A stretch of DNA of 63,954 bases, the filler included, from Neoconidiobolus thromboides FSU 785 (Eukaryota > Fungi > Entomophthoromycota): the NCBI GenBank assembly GCA_025603075.1. It is 9 parts of 9 records of this genome, joined end to end, with 100 filler letters (N's around TTAATTAATTAA, not from the genome) between each part and the next. Parts side by side here need not be neighbours in the genome. Positions count along the whole stretch, not along the records: positions 47,125 to 63,954 come from MU626588.1; 8 more parts are not named here. One strand, written 5' to 3'. Within the stretch, counting starts at the first letter, position 1, and each line of letters begins with the position of its first letter. The translations under genes and the position numbers were made by a program. This document shows positions 57,365 to 63,954 of this stretch, piece by piece. The notes under the pieces are model-generated. The model was not told where the DNA came from. It searched no databases and saw only the letters and a list, made by a program, of their open reading frames with translations.

Positions 57365-58805
57365 CTTTTAATTAAAATTAGTTGCTTTTTTTTTCTCCAT
57401 CTTTTTTTATTTCCTTTTTTTTTGCATCTTACCTTTGGCTGATTCCTTTTAATTTATTTCTACAAGTACATTAAAATTCTGGATTAATCAAAAGAACGAC
57501 TAATTTTATCTTTTTATCTACTGGTAGCAGTGAATTTTTATCCATACAAAAATATAGTATCAAATCGAGTTTCATCTAAGCCTGACTCTAATAATAAATA
57601 ATAAATCACGTTTTGTATAATATTTTGTATAATATTTCAAGTTAGAAGTCATTAAGAATACCTGTCCTCTAAAAACTTCAGATACTCTTAATTTAATTTT
57701 TTTAATTAATATTTATTTTGGTCAAAATGGATAATATTTTAACCTGGGCAAAAGTTGTCCCTACACATGATATTACTAATGCTTATGAACATATATTGAT
57801 AGAAATTTTACTATAATTTCAATAGCTAATAGCAATAATATAAGCGAATAAGAATAGTTTGAAATAACATTAAAAGTCAAAAATTAAAACATGGGTAGTA
57901 TTTTTAAAACTGAGTTCTTTCTTTATTATATAGGAACATATCTTTTTCAATTACTTTTTACTTTTTAAGCATAGAACTTGAGCAGATTACTAATAAGATA
58001 CTTACAAATAAAAGCATGTCATATTAAGTGGTGGCTATGAATTTATTGTTAAAATATTTTATCCCCTTCAACAAATTATTTTATTACTGCATAAATATTT
58101 TAGAATAAAGAGTTCTATTTTTACCTACACTTTACCTTTTATCTATGATTAATAAATAAGAATTTCTTTATAATTAGTTTACATTATTTATAGATTCTAT
58201 TTTTATTTTTACAAACCTAACAACTGTACAAGATCGCATCTGTTGTTTGTTTTGTATAATGTTCACTCAACAACAAATAATAAAGTGCTAACATATCATG
58301 TAATAAAAAATATAGTTTCTTCTTTAGAAGCGGTATTATTTTTAAAAAATAGTCATGATTGATTAATTTTGCCAAGTTTTTTAAAAATTAAAGGTTTTAA
58401 CAAAGGGATAAATGCATTGTTTAAAGTAATAAAGTTTGGATTCAAAGTATTAAAATAATAATAAATTACTAACATCTATTTATAGCTTTTATATGTAATA
58501 AAAATGTAAAACATTTAATTGACAACTACATAATCTCTAATAAAAAACTATACTAAACTAAGAATGTTAGTTAACCTAAATAAATTAAAAATCATTAACA
58601 TGGAGATTTTTGAATAGCCAATTAAATCTTATATAGATGAATTTATAAAAACTCTTTTTGTTTTAGCTTCTAATTTTATTTTTCTCAAAATAAACGTTTT
58701 ATAGTTTTTTTAATGTGTTTATATCAAAAAATTATTTAATTTTGTAAATAGATACTGTTTAATAGTCCAATTCAAACAATTTGGTTTTTTATTTATTTAA
58801 TCAAC

Positions 58806-61800
58806 ATGAAGCTATTCAAATTTCTTAAAAGAATATTTAAAAAGAATCAAAACTCCGTTAATACTGAAAATAGAAGTCGGAAGATTGATTTTTTAAAAAG
58901 AGAACTCAATTTAATTAATAATTCAATACGTACTTCAAAATACACCTTACTTAATTTTATTCCTGTCAATTTGTATATTCAGTTCTCTAACTTAGTCAAT
59001 GTATATTTCTTAATTATTAGTATTATTCAATTTATACCTGGTGCTTCACCAGTAGGCGTTGGCTCTACTATATTACCATTGTCAATATTTGTACTTATAG
59101 CTATGGCCCATGAAGGCTATGATGATTTTAGGAGACACCAAATGGATCATACCGAAAATAACCGTAAAGTCGAGGTATTAAAAAATGAAGGCTTGATTGA
59201 AGAAAATCAGTCAATTCAAATGACTGAAAGGATATCTGAGTTTGAACAAAAAGCATGGTCTGAACTTTATGTTGGCGATATCGTTAAAATCGAAGAGAAT
59301 CAATGGATTCCAGCTGACCTCATACTTCTAGCTTCATCAAATCAAAACTCATTATGTTATGTTGAAACTGCTGCGTTGGATGGCGAAACAAATCTTAAAC
59401 GTGTTCAAGGATTACAGCCATTACAAGATCTCATTACCGATAAGGGTAGCTTTTCTGATTTAAGAGGGTATGTTCAAGTTGAGGAACCAACGGAAGATAT
59501 GTATAAAATTGAAGGAAATTTCCATTTAGGTGATTCATCTCAATTTCCTTTGAATATAGGACAAGTACTTTTAAGAGGATCCATTTTGAGAAATACGCAT
59601 TATGTTTATGGTATGATATTATATTCTGGTGAAGAAACTAAAATCCGCTTAAATGCTAATCGTAATATTAAACCAAAAATACCTTTCTTAACTAAGTCTA
59701 TCAACAGAGCGGTTTTAACTGCCTTTTTACTCCTTTTACTTTTATCCATTATTGCAACTGTCCTCAATGTATCTTGGGAAAGGAATGAAGGGGCCAACGC
59801 TTGGTATTTGAACTTTACTAGAGCAACTGCTGGTAACATAACTTTAACCTTTTTGGGATTTATAGTCATTTTAAATACCATTGTACCTATATCATTATTT
59901 GTAAGTTTGGAATTTTGTAAGGTAGTTCAAGCATATTTTATATCACAAGACAAAGAGTTATATCATGATAAAACAAAAACACCAGCTAAGTTTCACACCT
60001 CTGTTTTAAATGAAGATTTGGGTATGGTTAGTTATATTTTTTCAGATAAAACAGGTACGCTTACTGAAAACTCAATGCATTTACGTAGAGTTTATTGTAA
60101 TAATGTCAGTTATAACTATGACCCAGATATGTCTTTTTCAACCAACGGCGTAAAGTTACCCTGTCCAACACAGGAATTTGAACCCATAAATGATATCTCA
60201 AAGGTTCTTAATGTCTCTATTACTCCACAATTTTCTCTTTTAGCAATTGATATTTGCCACACTGTTAATCCAGATAGTAATAATGAAAAAAATGAGATAA
60301 ATTATCAAGCCACATCACCAGATGAGTTAGCATTAGTTAAAGGTGCCAAAGATCTAGGATTGATTTTAAAAGGTAGGAGTTCACATCAGATTTTTCTAGA
60401 ATGCCTAGGAGAGGACTTTGAAGTTGATATCTTGGATATAATTGAATTTTCAAGTGATCGCAAACGTATGTCAGTAATTTGTAAACTACCAGATTCAGAA
60501 AACTTGATGATAATATGTAAAGGTGCAGATTCTACTGTTATTCCATTACTTTCCAAAGATAATAAAAGTGATACTGTCGAAGATTTAAACAAATGCATAT
60601 ATGGTTACTCTTGTCAAGGTTTAAGAACGTTAGTATATGGATACAAAAGTATTAGAGAAGAGACATATAGAAAATGGAAAAAAGATTATGATTCTGCAAC
60701 TAATAACTTAAACACAAGTCGTCAAAAAAGCATTGATCAAATTGTATCAGAACTCGAAAGTGACCTTAAGTTACTTTGTGCTATAGCATTAGAAGATCAA
60801 TTACAAGACGGAGTTCCAGATACCATCTTTAAACTTCAGAAAGCCGGAATTAAAATATGGGTACTTACAGGTGATAAAAGAGAAACTGCAATTAATATAG
60901 GAAGATCGTGTTCTCTTGTTTTGCCAGATGCTCCGTTAATTGTACTAGACATTAAAGAAAAGGAATTGTCGCAGCAAATTAAAGGTGCTATTGATAATTG
61001 GAAAGAAGGATCTTGCTTAGTGATAGATGGTGGTACCTTTTCACATCTAGAGGCTAGAGAAGGGGAGGATCTTGAACAATTTCTCACTTTAGCATTGAAA
61101 TGTACTTCAGTAATACTGTGCCGTTCATCTCCAGCCCAAAAAGCGACAGTAGTTCGTATGGTAAGAAATAAAATAACTAAGGTTGTAACATTAGCTATAG
61201 GAGATGGCGGTAATGATGTGTCAATGATACAGGAAGCGCATATTGGAATTGGAATATCTGGAAATGAAGGTTTAATGGCAGCAAAATCAAGTGACTATAG
61301 TATTGCACAGTTTAGATTTCTTTTACCGCTTTTGTTAATTCATGGCCGTTGGAATTACTTTAGAATTTCTAGATTTATTTTGCTTACATTTTATAAATGT
61401 ATGACTTTCTATTTTGCACAGTATATATATCAACCTTTTACTGCCTATACGGGTACCTCATGGTACGAGACATGGTCTTTTTCACTTTACAATGCAGTAT
61501 TTACGTTGCTTCCAGTATTGGTGATCGGGACCTTAGAACAGGATTATCCTAGAGACTATTTACTAGAACACCCAGAGGACTATAAAAGTTGTGGCCCAGC
61601 AGGTATCTATTTTAATATTCCTTTATACCTTGGAACAATTATTATGTCATGGATCCATTCTATAATGATTGTCTTTCCCTATTTTTTAATGTATTATTGG
61701 GTAGTACCTGATTATGATTTATATCCACCTTCTGATGTCAATGTTTTGAATATGGGAATGTCGGTCTATTTTACTACAGTTATTGTAGTAAGCATTGTAG

Positions 61801-62096
61801 TTGCTATACTTTCATCTTACTTTTGTACCTTAGTTCATATTGGTTTTGTTATACTTAGCATAGCAGTTTATATTATTATTGAAGCTATATTCTCTGTAGT
61901 ATATCCTCTTGACTCTGTTTTGCCAGTTCGTGGTAGTTTTTATACTATATTTTCTTCAGCTTCAATGTGGCTTCCACTCATTCTATCCGTCGGCTTTGTC
62001 ATTGCATGGAAATGTATTCAAAGATTGGTTTCACCAGAACTTCCTAGTTTTCAACAAACAATTGGGTATATCAAATTACTATTTCAAAAGAAGTAA
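58806..62096 (+). CDS. P4-type ATPase phospholipid flippase (Dnf3-like), intronless
   Basis: NSIRTSKYT, YVETAALDGETNLK, PISLFVSLE, phosphorylation motif DKTGTLT, WVLTGDKRETAINIG, LCRSSPAQKA, AIGDGGNDVSMIQ and SDYSIAQFRFL. Confidence 0.95.
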   Translation: MKLFKFLKRIFKKNQNSVNTENRSRKIDFLKRELNLINNSIRTSKYTLLNFIPVNLYIQFSNLVNVYFLIISIIQFIPGASPVGVGSTILPLSIFVLIAMAHEGYDDFRRHQMDHTENNRKVEVLKNEGLIEENQSIQMTERISEFEQKAWSELYVGDIVKIEENQWIPADLILLASSNQNSLCYVETAALDGETNLKRVQGLQPLQDLITDKGSFSDLRGYVQVEEPTEDMYKIEGNFHLGDSSQFPLNIGQVLLRGSILRNTHYVYGMILYSGEETKIRLNANRNIKPKIPFLTKSINRAVLTAFLLLLLLSIIATVLNVSWERNEGANAWYLNFTRATAGNITLTFLGFIVILNTIVPISLFVSLEFCKVVQAYFISQDKELYHDKTKTPAKFHTSVLNEDLGMVSYIFSDKTGTLTENSMHLRRVYCNNVSYNYDPDMSFSTNGVKLPCPTQEFEPINDISKVLNVSITPQFSLLAIDICHTVNPDSNNEKNEINYQATSPDELALVKGAKDLGLILKGRSSHQIFLECLGEDFEVDILDIIEFSSDRKRMSVICKLPDSENLMIICKGADSTVIPLLSKDNKSDTVEDLNKCIYGYSCQGLRTLVYGYKSIREETYRKWKKDYDSATNNLNTSRQKSIDQIVSELESDLKLLCAIALEDQLQDGVPDTIFKLQKAGIKIWVLTGDKRETAINIGRSCSLVLPDAPLIVLDIKEKELSQQIKGAIDNWKEGSCLVIDGGTFSHLEAREGEDLEQFLTLALKCTSVILCRSSPAQKATVVRMVRNKITKVVTLAIGDGGNDVSMIQEAHIGIGISGNEGLMAAKSSDYSIAQFRFLLPLLLIHGRWNYFRISRFILLTFYKCMTFYFAQYIYQPFTAYTGTSWYETWSFSLYNAVFTLLPVLVIGTLEQDYPRDYLLEHPEDYKSCGPAGIYFNIPLYLGTIIMSWIHSIMIVFPYFLMYYWVVPDYDLYPPSDVNVLNMGMSVYFTTVIVVSIVVAILSSYFCTLVHIGFVILSIAVYIIIEAIFSVVYPLDSVLPVRGSFYTIFSSASMWLPLILSVGFVIAWKCIQRLVSPELPSFQQTIGYIKLLFQKK

Positions 62097-62627
62097 GGTC
62101 TTTTTTTGTTAAAATTAGATTGTTTATTTATATTACTAATTGCTAAAATATTTTCAAAAAAGTAATGAAGCATAATTAAATAATTAGTTAGACCATTTAT
62201 TATAAACTAAATTATCAATTTGTCTTTTTTGAAATGGGTTTATATGATTTTGTTTAAAATTAGTTGATTTATTTCTAATAAATTGTATTATACAGTAAAT
62301 AGTAGGTTTAAAAGCCAGTTTAGATAAAAGCAAAACTGCTTAATATGTACTTATAAATTCATACCTTGCTTTTAATTATTATGCTAGATATAATCCAAAC
62401 ATAAACTGTAAATGATCTACTTGTATCATATATTATTATATGAAGGCAAAATATGCTAATCTGTTCGTTTAAAATAACAGTTGTTATAATTAAATTTATC
62501 ATTGCTTTTAATATCATTTTGACTTTGTCTATATATTTAATAAATATTGTCTCTTTACTATAACTACAAATATCAAAAATAAAATAAAACTTAATTTAAA
62601 TAACATTACTTTAATTAAATTGAAAAA

Positions 62628-63954
62628 CTAATTATAGATCTTTTTACATATTTGTAAGGCTTTAGCTACATTGATAACACCGTAACCGTATTCATTGTTT
62701 GGTACAGATTTATCAGTATCCTTACCACATTTTACTTTAGGAAGGACTGGGGTAGCAGATTGATGTAATACTTTAGCAATAAGATCAACTCTACGACTTA
62801 AATGTGGGCATCCAGCAATAACTAATAAAGCAGCACCAGAAACATGTGGTGAAGCCATAGAAGTACCTTGTAAAGCAGCGTATTTACCACCTGGAATAGC
62901 GGAAGTAATATTAGCACCTGGAGCAGCAACATCAATTGAAAGAAATGGTCGTTCAGCTACTGGTCCCATAGATGAGAAGCTAGCCCTTTCAAAGGATTGA
63001 TATTTAGTAGCAGCAACATTGAATGAATTAGGGTCAACAGCAGGTGGGATATTAACAGTTGAACATCCTTTTTTACCACCATTACCAGCAGAAACGGACA
63101 TGAAAATACCGGCGGATTTCATGGCTCTAAGAGCATATTTAAAGGTAGAACGAGAGCAACCTTCAGCTCCTGGGCAACCATAAGAGTTACCAACAACATG
63201 AGGACGAAGATGTGGACGAGGGTTAATACCATATAAATTAGTTGGAGCTAAGAAGAATTGTAAACAACCAAGGTAAGATTCGGGAGATCCAAACCCTTGG
63301 TCCATGTTTTTACACGCCATCCATTTGGAAGATGGAGATACACCTAAGTTTAAACCACCAATGACGGTACCCATGGTATGGGTTCCATGAATGCTATCAT
63401 CACATGGAATTTGAGAGTTGATACCGCATTTAGGATTTGGGTTGGTAGCATTGACATATTTGTTAGCATCCCACCAATAGTAATTATGGTTATATTTTCC
63501 TCTTGAATCTCTTCCTAAATAATTATGAGCAATAGCAGGATGAGTATAATCTACACCAGTATCAGCATTAGCATAACGTAAATATTTAGCATTATTGGTA
63601 ACTTCTCTTGGTAACTTGGTAGCATTAATAAATTTTAAACTCCAATGAACTTCTTTCCCAGTCCAGTTGATATCACCAGCTAATACAGCTTCTTGTTTTC
63701 CAAGGGATAAAACATTTGCATTCACTTTACGGTTGGAAGAAATTTCTTCAACTTGACTACTGTTAGATAAAATATCAATCAATTCTTTTGGAGCTTCAAC
63801 AGCAAAAGTATTAGAGATTGAATAGAAACGATAATCCTTAATTTTTCCTTCTTTCTTATATTTCTCTAAGATATCTTGAACAGAACCTTTAGTTTGTTCA
63901 GCATGGGTATTTAAAACATCAACAACATTATCAGCATGGGCATCTAAGATAACT
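62628..63954 (-). CDS. Secreted S8 subtilase, bacillopeptidase-F-like (copy 2), 5' end outside the window
   Basis: Frame open to the window end; ADTG, HGTHTMG and GTSMASPHVSG; clearly paralogous to 24549-26027. Confidence 0.92.
   Translation of the reverse strand, partial: VILDAHADNVVDVLNTHAEQTKGSVQDILEKYKKEGKIKDYRFYSISNTFAVEAPKELIDILSNSSQVEEISSNRKVNANVLSLGKQEAVLAGDINWTGKEVHWSLKFINATKLPREVTNNAKYLRYANADTGVDYTHPAIAHNYLGRDSRGKYNHNYYWWDANKYVNATNPNPKCGINSQIPCDDSIHGTHTMGTVIGGLNLGVSPSSKWMACKNMDQGFGSPESYLGCLQFFLAPTNLYGINPRPHLRPHVVGNSYGCPGAEGCSRSTFKYALRAMKSAGIFMSVSAGNGGKKGCSTVNIPPAVDPNSFNVAATKYQSFERASFSSMGPVAERPFLSIDVAAPGANITSAIPGGKYAALQGTSMASPHVSGAALLVIAGCPHLSRRVDLIAKVLHQSATPVLPKVKCGKDTDKSVPNNEYGYGVINVAKALQICKKIYN

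Noticed and set aside
62150-62180. AAAAAGTAATGAAGC, a short match to the MITE right half
   Set aside because: Only about 15 AT-rich bases match, with no TIR or TSD.
1-63954. tRNA or rRNA genes
   Set aside because: No GTTCRA T-loop in a cloverleaf context and no rRNA-like sequence found by eye; tRNAscan-SE would be decisive.

Overview
This is eukaryotic, very AT-rich fungal genomic DNA with short GT-AG introns (about 40-70 nt). The protein content and composition suggest an early-diverging fungus, probably an insect-associated Entomophthoromycotina/Conidiobolus-like species; that taxonomy is inference and was not tested. It is a draft scaffold with eight 100-bp gaps padded with an artificial TTAATTAATTAA spacer and one 895-N gap, and several genes are cut by these gaps. 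Housekeeping genes: SMC1, PCS60-like oxalyl-CoA synthetase, SEN2, ARG4, NOT3/5, PRMT5, ATP7, copine, PFA4-like DHHC and a P4-ATPase. These are interleaved with secreted or accessory genes: a bacterial-type intronless GH31, three Kelch-TM receptor-like paralogs, two tandem multicopper oxidases, an alpha carbonic anhydrase, two bacillopeptidase-F-like subtilases, an S28 peptidase, an I78 inhibitor, GMC, P450 and acyl-CoA ligase fragments, and two Gln/Ser/Thr-rich secreted proteins. The strongest signal not explained by the ORF track is a ~95-100 bp MITE family (GGGGATGT...ACATCCCC termini, 4-bp target-site duplications, mostly A-W-W-T). I found it 16 times between 11.9 and 42 kb and not elsewhere; one copy sits inside a dead MFS transporter, and the copies show two-strand CpG decay. 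Other highlights are patchwork identity among the Kelch-TM paralogs, a Lys at the T1-copper axial position of the oxidase, and a probable horizontally acquired GH31 alpha-N-acetylgalactosaminidase ending 6 bp from SEN2. All alignments were done by eye; no database searches were run.
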